Below, one piece after another: positions 1 to 15,100 of a stretch of DNA of 64,000 bases. The DNA comes from Ptychomitrium polyphyllum (taxonomy: Eukaryota). The stretch lies in NCBI GenBank assembly GCA_973851085.1, contig OZ316776.1, positions 1,302,001 through 1,366,000 on the forward strand, given 5' to 3'. A program made the position numbers and the translations under genes. The notes below the pieces were generated by a model. It saw only the letters and a list, made by a program, of their open reading frames with translations, ran no database searches and was not told the origin of the DNA. Positions within the stretch are counted from its first letter, which is position 1, and the number at the start of each line of letters is the position of its first letter.

Positions 1-143
1 AGGGTATAAGTGAGAAAGTTGCGCAGTTTTTTCAAATCTATTTTGTCTTTGCTTTTGATGTTGTTGTGATTTTGGGACATGCCAAATAACCCCTATGAGT
101 TTATCTAACAGACAAGCCTTGTCTAATTGATGTTTCAGTGCAG

Positions 144-1930
144 ATTCAGGACAGTTTCAAGGAAACAACATAAGGCTGGGATCTCGTGGGGACAGCTACT
201 ATGAGTACCTGCTCAAGGTCTGGATACAGCATGGTGGTGCTGCTCACAATGAATCGAGTGTAGCTTATCTGAGAGAGATGTACGACGAGGCAATGAATGG
301 TGTGAAGCACAGGCTGGTCGCAAAGTCCCAACCAAACGGTTTGGTTTTTGTGGGAGAGCTGCCACATGGAGTTGGTTCTGCTCTACATCCAAAAATGGAC
401 CATCTGGTACAATGCAGCACTTCCTGCTCGATCGTATTTCTTGATTTTGGATACATTCCCATGAGTTCCTTCATGCCTGTTCTTTAATGTGCTCTTCCGT
501 TCTGTTCGTGTTTCTCCCTTAGCTTCAATAGGCCTTCAAAAGTCTGGGCACCGCATCCAAGAGAAGATGCAGATGCAAATCTTACACATACTTTTCTCTG
601 TGGTGAATATGTTTAAAGGTTTGTTTCCTAGCGGGGAATCTTGCACTAGGTGCCACTAGAGGTTTGACCATAGAGGAGGCAATGGATAAAGGTAACCACT
701 CGTTTATATGAATCAGAATGGGTCCCTAATCACTTCTTTTTTGTTTCGTGATTTCTTATCTCTTTGTGCACGTATCTTTCTACGTTCACAATTTTATTCC
801 TATGGAGGTCTCTTGTGCTTCTTTCTTCCTGAACTAATATTGAACACATTGTTTTGTTTAGGTCTTTTGAGTGTAAGTGACCTGGAAGACTTGAAGCTGG
901 CAGAGGAGTTGGGAAGGACTTGCTATGAAATGTACAACGTTACCGCTACAGGACTTGCTCCAGAGATTGCCTACTTCAACATATATGTAGGCTTCCATTT
1001 GATTCAATCCTGAAACCTCGTATTATACGAAAATTATATAGTATTTCCACTGCACTGAATTTCACCGTTTCGACTATCTGAACTTAAACGAGAGCATCTG
1101 GACTTAATGGGGCTCCTTTCTGCAGAAAGAAAACGAGGACGTAGAAGGTGGGAGGGCGGATTCATTTTATAAACATGATCTTCGCATCAAACCTGCAGAT
1201 CGTCACAACCTCCTGCGGCCAGAAACAGTGGAATCATTGTTCCTACTTTACCGAATTACTGGAAATTCCAAGTAAGGATTCATGAAATGTTTTTATTGCT
1301 CTTGGTGTGGAAAGTGAAACATTTAATGACCTTTACTTGTGTGATGCATTGTGATGAGATGCAGAAACGTCTTAGATTTGGACTTGTATTCGTACGTGAG
1401 TTAGTTTCGGTATGTGTCCTTTGGGATTCACTCCTTCACTTTGGCTATGTTGCAGGTATCGGGACTGGGGATGGAATATATTTCAGTCCTTTGAGGTTCA
1501 CACGAAGTTGAGGACAGGGGGTTACTCATCTCTTGACGATGTCACATCTATCCCAGCTCCAATGAGAGACAAGATGGAGACATTTTTTCTCGGCGAGACT
1601 TTGAAGTATTTGTACCTGCTCTTCGGCGATATTAACGTGTTACCGTTGACTGAATTCGTGTTCAATACTGAGGCTCATCCGCTGCCTATTCGAAAGGAAA
1701 GTTCCCCTGCCGTTGAAAAGGAATCCAATTCCAAGGGTACTGTCAATGTTTCTGCAAACAAATTGGCAGATATGGGTATAAAGCAAGAGGCAAATGTTAC
1801 CATAAACCAGGAGGGAGATCATGTTCCTACAAACCAACAGGCAGATCTTTCTACCAACAAGCATAGATCCAAGAAGAGAATCCCGAAGGCCAAGGATGTG
1901 GCACTGACAATGAGGGACCTCCTGATGTAG
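144..1930 (+). CDS. GH47 class I alpha-1,2-mannosidase (MNS3-like), 3' part; 5' exons lie before the window. Exons 144-406, 619-691, 862-986, 1126-1271, 1456-1930
   Basis: The spliced translation gives GH47 motifs [72 protein letters not shown] and FNTEAHPLP. All introns are GT-AG and in phase; TAG at 1928-1930. Confidence 0.93.
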
Positions 1931-3080
1931 GTTTGTAGTTTTTCGTAGCAGATGTCGTCAGTCTCTCAGATCTAGTAAGAATTTGGCAGAACTACCTCCC
2001 TGGAGCCTACATCAAGGTTGCAGTTTTGCACTTAGGTTAGAGCTTTATAATTACATCTTGATGTTCCTGGTTTACTGCCTAGTACTGCAGCTCATATTGA
2101 GCTTTGACTAATTCCATGGAGGTCAATCTCCTTGCTGTATCGGTTCTTCCACTTTCTACCCATTGGCTTGTAATCAAAATTTGCAAGATGTCCAAGTGGT
2201 GTGCAGATAGTCATGTCAACGTTGTATGTGGAATCTACCTGTTGAGAGACTCTAGTTTCTAAATCAGCAAGTTTTATCTCCAATCCAACTATGATATCTT
2301 AACCTAGATAGGCTGTGCAAGAATGCATTCTTTTGTATTGAGCGTCTTACATTTTGAATACTTATTAAAAAATAAATTTCAAATGTGTTTGAAGTCTTTG
2401 ATTTGCAACCAACATCACATGAATGCATCAAATATATTAATTTCAATTGGGCTTATGTAAAAGTAAATGATTTCTCAAGTCACACCTCAAATGTGCTTGT
2501 AAAGAGCATAAGGTTTGGAAGTTGTATGACATGAAAATCAAAAGTTGTCCTTTTTAAAATTATGTCAATAGATTATCATAAAGCAATAATGCTATCATTT
2601 ATCTAATATTTTTTTTATAATAAGTACAATCAACATGGAATAAATCTATACAATCATGTCATGTTACACCCTTCTTTCCATCCAATCCCTAATATATATG
2701 CTAATTAATTAATAGAATTTTTTATACATAGTATCTTAGTTGACAAACAAACAAAATCATATATTTGGCTTCTTTTTAAGTGAGCCTAAAATTAAACGCT
2801 CTTAACACAATATAATGGCAAGATGTGTAATTGACACCATTTGATATGCTATGTTAGAATTTGCTCAAGTAGTGTAGAATAGACTACTGTGACAAATTGA
2901 AAAATCCAGCAAAAATTTGCTTGAGTGCTCTGCTTCACCGGCTGCATTCCTTACCTTTTAATAGCATTGTGTCATTGTGCCTCTTTTGTTGCAACCAAAA
3001 AAAACAAAAAAGCAGAATTAAAACCTGAAAAGCCACACAAAAACACAACAAACCTCTTCGAAATAGGGCTAGGTTGCCAA

Positions 3081-3137
3081 CCCGAACGAAACCCGAACGA
3101 AACCCGAACGGAATCCGAACGGAATCCGAACGAAACC
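3081..3137. repeat. Short tandem repeat, 10-11 bp unit CCGAACG(A/G)AA(C/T), about 5 copies
   Basis: Read directly: cccgaacgaaacccgaacgaaacccgaacggaatccgaacggaatccgaacgaaacc. Confidence 0.9.
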
Positions 3138-3820
3138 TGAACGTAATTCATACGAGAATCACTTCACGTCGGCGGCGAGAAACCGACTCTTTCGGTCCGC
3201 TCCCACGCCCCAACTGGGACCATGTTCCCCATTCACACTCCGTCGACCCACTCTCCCCAGTCATCCTCTCTAGAGATGCCCAGCCTCCAACCACACTCCA
3301 AACCCATCACCGCACCCGACGACCACCATCATCTAGCCCAGTCGAACATTCTTATCAAACAAAGCCCACGATACGCGTTTACAATGTCACCTCCGGGCCA
3401 GTGACGGCAATTTGACATTTGTACTTGGATTTCGTCAGTGTCTACGACAGTCCTAGAATCCGTGCTTTGAAGTGTACGCCATCGGTAGATGACTTCGGTT
3501 TTCAGGTATGGGGAGATGGCCCCTCTTAGGGCTGAGAGAGACGGCGACCGTTGATAGAAGGTCGAGAGGGTGCAGGTTAGGTGCACGAGAGGATGCTGGT
3601 AGTCTCGGTCGGTATGAATGAGCGACGCGGGAGGCGACTGGCGGAGCCGGTGGAGGGTTAGGTTTGCAGGAGAGCAACGGCCGTTTCAGCTGCTTTGAGT
3701 GAGCGCCGAAGTTTATAAAAGCAACGCAACTTCTTCGTCGCAGAGGAATCACAGATTTTGTTGCGAGATATTTCGTTGCCTGAGGAGCGTGGTCGGTGGT
3801 AGAGACGCTTCCTGTGTGCC

Positions 3821-6722
<2,902 letters not shown>

Positions 6723-9014
6723 ATGGAGGAATAGGTGGTAATTTCAGTAGTTGAGAAGTTTTCTCTCTGAGAGTGTCTTCTCCCTGAGAGCTCCCTGCGT
6801 TATTGCAAACTAGGTTAGTTTTTGTTTTTAACTCTCTTTTGCCAAAGACAAGGCGAATATATTTTTTAAGGAAATTTGACAATTTTACTCGTGCATACTA
6901 GAATTGTCCTTGAGATCCTTTTCTCTACAAGCACTGATTTGGAACATTTGTGATTCCTCATCACTTTTAGTGAAACTTGGTAACCATAGTCGACTGCGGA
7001 AACTTATGGCCGTCATGGTGCAGTTGGTAGCTGTTCAAAGCGTCGGCAAGCAAAAAGGCGAGGGGAACCGGAAGACTATTTCGGACGACAACAAGGTCGT
7101 TTTGGTTGAAATCGGACTGTGCAACGTTGGCATGTCCATTGGACCGTAAATGAAATTCTTCACATATAAAACATTGTAAGAAATGTAAAAGAAGCTAGTG
7201 CAGATTACCCACGTGAGTTTTTTGGGCAACGCTGGTCTAAACAGAGACCTGCACTAGAGGAGTCTTTTAAGTCACCACTTAGTGGAGCCCTTGCTTGAAC
7301 GCTTCCTGGGATCTTTGCCTGACTTCATTTAAATCGACATGCAGAGTCGGTTGGAGGTGGAGCAATCTTTTTAATAATATTTATATTCTCTCCTCGCTTT
7401 GTTTAGCACATTCACTACTGGAATTAGGACAAATGTATTCTTAATGCAATTGGTGGACGAGTGAAGACAACAGAATGCTTAGGTCGTAATAACCTCTTCT
7501 ATGATAACTCATTATGATTTATTTAGTGAGCTCCAATGAATTTGATACAAAGAATGTCTTAATGCAAAAGAGTTCCAAATGAATTTCCTAATTCAAAGTA
7601 TTCTTGAATCAACCCCAACAATACCTTCTAGAATTGCATTAGCAATAATAGCAAAGTTACTTGAAATCCTTAGATGAGTTGTTGTTCCAAAGATCCTAAT
7701 TTGATGTCATTCATCTTTCTGTACAAATGCAAATTCTTCTTCTAGCATAAGTGAAGGTTGAACCTAGCTTTAAAAACGTCACTATTTCAAGTGGCATATT
7801 TATATAATCAATGTCTTTATTAGAACCTTGTTTAAAAGTCTCTCCACCATAACCTCCTTCATCTATTTTTTTTTTGTCGTTCAATTGACTTCAACCATCT
7901 AATTGTAGCTATAAAAAAATTTATGTCTTTTGCTCTTTAATTTGATAGGGATATTATACATGAGTTTTTCAATGTCACTAACTTTGGATTACAATCACAT
8001 CCAAAATTTATACAAAGAATGGGCATACAATATGGTGGCCATATCAAATACAAATCCAACAAGTCAAACACCTTTAGAAATACAAAGCTCAAGTTTCAAT
8101 ATTCTTGTTAAATAAACCATCTTTGTTACAATAATCTTAAGTGAAATAAATTGTAAGTATTGCATTTTATAAGTCAATGGTACAAAATATAATGGATATA
8201 TGCATTTATATTTATTTGAGTGGCCATCTCTACTAGGATCAACATATGGAGTCTTCAAATTCTACTATGATGAAGGTAACTTACCTCACTACGCTAACAA
8301 ACAAACTAGTTTAGTAAGTTAGCAATGCCAATTTAATAGGTCAAACTAACAACATCAAGGTGGTTACAAATATAATGGCATATGAATAACAAATTTTAAT
8401 GACGTTCAAAAACTTTTAAAATTCAAGAATCAATATAGCATGATTTTGTACAAGTGGCAAGCCTTCAACTGAAAAATATTAAATAAAGATACAGTCCTTC
8501 TACAACAAGATGATATAAAACCACAAAAGAAGTGATTTGTCGCACTATGCAGTTACCACAAGCATTCTACTTTGACTTTGAGTCATTTACAAGCTGTATT
8601 GTATAAGTGTACATAACATCCTTCTGTGCCATATAAGTATCCAATACACTTGTTTCTGGTAAGTCAAAGCAAAAGATACAGGTAGGTGACATGATTGTAA
8701 CAAGATATTTAGTGGCTGAAGTGAACTGATTGTGTGTCCTACTCATCGTATGATACCCTGGTTTGGCTAACATTGAGAATGCTCAGTTTGAAAATCAGAT
8801 TGCTGACAGCATTCAAAACAACTGTACGAGTATAATCACTCTTGTTCACCTGAGACCAAAAAAAGCAAACGCTTCAGATCCGTTTGTAATGATCCAGTGG
8901 TAAACTGAGAATATATGTACATGGTCTAGGGTACACTTATGGCTCGAAGGTAAATTCCAACAGTGAAGAATTGATAATATACAGAAGAAAAGTGACTAAC
9001 GAAACTTGGTTCTA

Positions 9015-12000
9015 CTAATCCCGCCCAGGAGGACTATGAAGGGCATTTGAAATCTCAAGATGTCCTGCATATGTCCACGGTTTTGTACCCTGAGAGCCCA
9101 GACTCGACAGTTTGTGTGATCCTTCGATTTCCAACAAGGCTTCACCCTCCGGTATATTTCTACAAGAGTAATCCAACAGAGCTTTGCCTAGGGAAGGTAC
9201 CAGATTGGGTCCTTGGGCGACCTCATGTGGGGAGTTAGGGGTTTTGCGAAGAGGACTAATGGCAGGGGAACAGCTTGGCGAGATGGAAGGCGTCGCGTAT
9301 GTGGTGCTCAGAGTAGTGAATCGCTTTGACCCATTCGACCTCGCTCGTCGGCTTGAAAATCCTAAACGTCGCGACATTGACCCATCTTTCGCCAGGGATT
9401 GAGGTGCAAGCGACCTCTTCACGAGATCATCCGCATACAGGACATCGTCGATGCGTGCAATGATCGTGAATGCTAAGCTTTCCAACACACGAGAATAGCT
9501 TTCAAGAATTGATTGTCCTACATCCTGCGTTGCAACGAATAATGAATTAGAATAATCGGAACATTTGATTGAACACAATAAAATCTCCCTGAAATTTGAA
9601 AATAGATCCAGGATTAAGTGGGTCTTGGTTGCAAATATACCCTGTTAAACTGAATCTTGTTTGCGTCCAAAACGGTCTGCGCCATGCCTGGAACTCGCTG
9701 TTTCAGACTCACAAGTACACTCTCCGCCCTGTCAGCAAGCAGTGCTCTCCTATCTGCATCTCCAACAAATTGTTTCATTTTATTCCAAGAGGTTTTGCGA
9801 TTGAGCTTGTTCTCGTAAGGTGATATCTCTGCCATTCTCTTTGTCTGACTTCTTCGCCGCCATCCGACCACTGCAGCTTCCAAACGATTTGCCATCTCTA
9901 AAGTGCTATGTTCGTCGTTAACGTCCAAGTTCGCTACAACCCGTTCTGGCGAAAAATGCTCAGAGGCTATAACTCGGTAAAGTTCATCACCAAGACAGGC
10001 TTTGCCGTTCTGAAAGAAAAAAGTGCAACTTATCAAACTCTTTGTCTGCATCGATGACCTATTCGCACACCTGATTATCATGGCGAGTCTGCCTAAACAC
10101 GACACATCACCCGTTTCAAGGCAGAAATTCCGCAGCATACGCAACCAGTTTCGATTTGAGGCAATGTGTCGTAGAATGTGTACCTTTGGTAGAGAGTCGA
10201 AGTAGCATTCCGGCACCTCCATTTCAAGCAAAACTTGCGCATTGATAGCCATGGCGGCTTTAAGGATTTGACTCGTGGCATCGCGTTGCTGATGAAGAAA
10301 CTTATTGGATGACTCTGAAAGACCGTTAGCTGGTATATTAGGTGTAGGCAACCACCACTTCTCTTCTTGCCGTTGCATAGAATGCCGCACACTGCTGTTG
10401 TCCTCAGAAACTGTAATCCCATGGTCCACATACCAGAACTCCGTCTCTTGATAGCTTTCTAGCGAGTCCTGAGGAATCCAAAAATCCAGCATAAATCAAG
10501 AAAATGTTTAACTTGACTGACAAACTCAGCTAACGTTGAGGCAAGCAAATCGTCGCATCCAACTCAGTCCAGATACTGGTACCACTTTATTGTCGAAACA
10601 TGGCACCCGTCGACAGATCCTCTAAGGAACGAAAAATTACAAGCGTTCGAGTCATTGGTATGAAACTCATGATGCACTCGCTAAAAGGCTAATAAGATTT
10701 ATAAAGTCCACGACCGCAGTATCTAGATCCTCTACTCAAAAGGAATATTACTGAACTAAACAGTTCATTACATGATTGCCCTCGTCCCACACATAGGCCC
10801 ACTACTCGAAGACAGTAGATATTAGACAGATTCTCTGCTTGGGAAGAGAGTAGAATGATGATTTGACAGTCACAACACAGATAACAGCGTAGAGAATACA
10901 CGAGGGAAAAAACAAAATGGAACTTACAAGTAACATATTGTCCAGCTTTTTAAGTGCTGGCAGGTTGATACTTAAATCTGATCGGGGTCTGGTTACCATT
11001 ACCTGCATGTCAACAACACAGCATCCTTTGAAACTCCTCTAAATAAACAATCAAACAAAGCTAAAGATGAGGAAGAAAATAGTGCTGCAAACGAAGTAAG
11101 CAATGACTGGCATAAGTAACATGAAATGAGGTGCTTCCTTGATACAACATGTATCCTTGAGATTTGTTGTCAAGGAGGGGGGAAAAAAATTGTCTGATCC
11201 AAGGGCATCTATACCTCCATCGTACTTCCATCTGGATATCGTTGCCAAGAAGGGACCAGCTCAACAATATGATCACTAACTGAAAGCATCCATTCCATCT
11301 CTCGCCTCCACATAGTCCGCCGCTTCATGCGAAGTGGTTCTAACCTCCACAACTCTCCAAACACTGACGCTGTAACCAAAGATTTCAGGCAATAAACATT
11401 GAAACGCAACGTTAATCCTGCAGAAATACATCCATAGATGAAAGAATTTTTCCATGATGAAATGTCATCTTGTAAGGGCATTAGTTTGCACCTGACAAAT
11501 TCGTAATCGCATTCGATATAGCTAAGGCCGTGCAAACGCCTTTACCCCCGCCTGACATGTCCTCCCCAAGCAGTAGCTTCGCGAACTTCTCCTTCATCAT
11601 CTCCACCTCTGCAGGAGCAAAGACATGATCAGTAAAAACAATATTTGTACCATCCGTATGAAGGTGGAGGTCACCAATGCCTCATTAAATAGCACAGAAA
11701 CTGCATAGATGAGAAACAGCGATTATTAGGAGTTTGAGAAAGAACTAGCTTAATACTGGTAGCTATTGGTGCTCTTAAATTGGACTGCAATGATCCATCT
11801 ACTTCACACGGAACCAAACGGGCTGCGGAAAAAAACATTGATTAACCTGAGAGTTCTGTCGTCTTCTTTTCCCTCTTTTCTTCCCACATGAAATGTCTCC
11901 TTCCGCTGGTTAAATTCGATGAAGAAGGTGAAGGGACTGCACTTTGTCTGTCCATTCTAGCCAACGGCCATCCCAAAGGTGAAGACCCTGCCGAGCTACT

Positions 12001-12189
12001 CGCACCATCATCACCATGGTTCAGACTGAAACTTAAATCTCCATCACCCATGAGGTCCAAGCTGAGACGTTCCATGCTAAGTGTTGAACTTGTTCCATCA
12101 ATGCTGCGAACCTCAAACTGATCTTCAGATGTCGTATCAAGCTGTATCCTTCCTGAGTTGCTCAACGAGGAACCCCGTAATCCTTTCAT
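9015..12189 (-). CDS. ROPGEF: Rop guanine nucleotide exchange factor (PRONE domain). Exons 12189-11847, 11608-11492, 11369-11215, 11002-10928, 10468-10184, 10009-9641, 9524-9015; alternative in-frame ATG at 12237
   Basis: PRONE motifs [90 protein letters not shown] and [32 protein letters not shown]. Splice phases are consistent. Confidence 0.96.
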
Positions 12190-15100
12190 CTTGGGCACAA
12201 AGTCTGAGTTCGAGAAGCCACCGATGACAGAAAACATAAGAATATGATCCAAATTTTGTACTTTAAGGCCTTGTATTGAGTTTCCAAGTACAGTGAGAAA
12301 GCTCAACAAACTAATCAATCAATCGCCAACAGATAACTAATTCCAATAATGTGGATCGTTGAAATATGATGCAACGGGTAGAGATGTTCTTCAAAAAGAA
12401 TATGCTCTTCAATTAACGAACGAACTAATTCAAATTTCAAACGAAGAGAATAACTAATTCTTTAGTAGAAACAGTAAAACAAGTCGAAGATGTAAGAAAA
12501 GTCAAAACAACTCTACCCAAACATGTAAGAGACAGAGAAAAGCTTACTCGCTTAAGAAAAAAGTTATGAAAAAACGACAAGAGGACGCCATGGAAACAGA
12601 CTGATCATGTAAAACTTCGAGAAATTTTCAAATTCTGTGCATACGATGTAAAATGCCAAAATATATCTAAGAAAATTCAAAATAACGGCAAAACCAATTC
12701 TCTCTGTCCAGAAAGAAGAGAGTTAGACTCAAAGCTAGGTAGGAAGTAAGGGACCTGAAGAAACCTACAAAAAGCAGCGCAGCAACTCACAGACTTGATA
12801 TGGTCGGGATAAGAAAGGGGAGTGGCAGAACTACGATGCGAATGAGTTGGAGGTGTAAGACGACGCGGAATCCTCAGTCCCCTGGACCATGATAGGTTCC
12901 TCAACAGGCGCAACAGAGTATAACCAATTAAAGGAGGGCCCCGCTCACGGCCGCTTGCTAAGCCTCTAGTGCTGGTGCCAACGGATTCGATTTGTTTACC
13001 TTCGTTTCGGCCTTCTTGCTCCATCCCTATCTGTTTCCTCTGCCTGCCTCTGACCCTTCCATCTTTCTATTCATACTTTCTGAAAATCAATTTATGTCCA
13101 AGAGAAGCGCCATTTGCACATACTCCCGAGCTGTCTTCCCGATCGATGTCTTCAGCAACCAAGAACGCAGAAGATAAACGCCTCACGATTCCCGAACCTG
13201 CCTCGTATAACGAGTAAAAGTAGCACTAGTAGGATGCTACAAGGCTATGTCTCTACCACCCGAAACGACAAAGTTAGTCGCGATTGCTACACTGCCATCG
13301 CCGACCGTTCGGCATTTCTTTTTAGACCGCTGGCACCTTACCAGGATACCTCAAGTCATGATTGTTGAGGCGCATTCTGTGTCAGATATCGTCTCGACTC
13401 GACACTGCCAATTTTAAAATACGCACTACTCGATGGCCTTCTACCTCCAAATGATACATTCAAGCACTCGAGAATCATTCACGGGAAGCGCCTTAAAAGC
13501 ACACAGGTAGTGCCGGCGCTCGTCATCATCCCGTAACGGACCGCACGTGCGTAGCCCCCTATGGACCTATCAAGGTCCTCGAGGTGCCAGTACCAGAGAC
13601 TTTTCTCACAAGCAATAAGGCCCGCCAAGACATTCCGTCACTACCATTACGCAGCGTAGTATTCAATTGACGCCTCTGCACCAACGCTATAATCTCTCAT
13701 ATCTCAACAGCCTACCAACTCTCCACACAAGAAAACCGCAACACAATCGCAGCGCCAGCCGAAATACTCCCGTAGTACTCAACAGCATCCTCAATCCACT
13801 TCACAACCAACACCTCCTCTCCAGCTCACCAAAACTCAGCTCCAATCCCCACCTCTTCGATCCATCTCCCTCCAAAAGAACCACAACATTTCCTCCCCAC
13901 TCCTCCCTTCTTCCCCGTCATAAACACGCTTCCTCCTCACCACGCCGCCACATTAATCTCTCCACTGCTACTCTCTTCCCGTCACCTCCATACATCACTG
14001 AGCAAATAATCTCCTCCACCACTCCACTCCTCCACTCCCTCACTCCCTCTTTGTCTACCACCGTCTTTTCCTCTAACGAAAACTCCTAACAGCGAAAATT
14101 ATCTCTCCCGCGTAAGAGCGCTCAGCGGAACCGCAACGGCCCTGCGCATGTGCGACTTGCAAACCCCCTCCTGCCTCCAAAATGCGACGAAACTCCCTCA
14201 AACTTCGCCGCGGCACGGAATTTCCCCGAGGCTTGAAGCGAGATTCATGAGCGAGTTGTGCATCCACTAATGACGCAACTACCAGTCGTGCACCTACTCA
14301 GCTCCCGCACACACGCCCGCATTCATCTCTCTGCCATTGCTACCTCCAATTTCCATTCCGCACCGTCGTTTCTCTGCATCTCCATCGCGGTCACTCTCGC
14401 AGCACCTCAGCCTCCACAGGTTCACTCCTGCTCTCAATTCCGCCCGAGTATCTCTTGGATATCACACGAGCATCATAGTAGTATAACAATAGGACCATCT
14501 GAATCCATCCAGGAGTAAAACAGAAGTACCACAATGGCCTCGCAGGGCTAGTCGCCCCCGCTGTCGTGTTAAAAAAATCAATAGATTCTCGGTCTCCCGC
14601 GAAACATGTCTCGAGGAGGTTGATTGTAGGAAGTCAGTACCCAAACCTGATATTATCAGGCAGAAGCTTACATTTGAGTCTCGCATATCTACACCGCTGG
14701 TAGAAAAAATTAGTTTTAAGTGCTGACTACTGTTCATACAGTTCCGTGGTATCTAGCAACCGAGATGACATCCAAAATCTAGGAAATTTGCGGTGGGAGG
14801 GTTTCGTGCGCATCGCGACAGGTGGTCTGTGAGAAAATTGCAGTCTACAGAAGTAGGTTGATCCACGAATCCAAAATTGGAATGTGATCCTAGTGTAGCC
14901 AAGTGGCTGCAATGTCTGCGTGATTAGGCAGATAAAGCAGTAGGCTAATTTTCAGTCGTTGGGGGCTAGACTGAGAAGAATATGGCATAATTGTTTCCTC
15001 CAGCGGGATGTTTGGGTTGCTTTTGTGTCTGTTGTGGATGCTCTTGCTTGGCATTTTGATTCCGTGCTAGCGCGTATGCATTGGATTTACAGTCTATTGT

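Noticed and set aside
7400..8400. Possible transposon relic between PRMT1 and RopGEF
   Set aside because: AT-rich and stop-ridden, with no diagnostic motif or terminus that I could support.
13667..14089. 140-aa Ser/Pro/His-rich ORF on the plus strand
   Set aside because: It starts at TTG and arises from a CT-rich low-complexity tract, the complement of the probable RopGEF leader/promoter.
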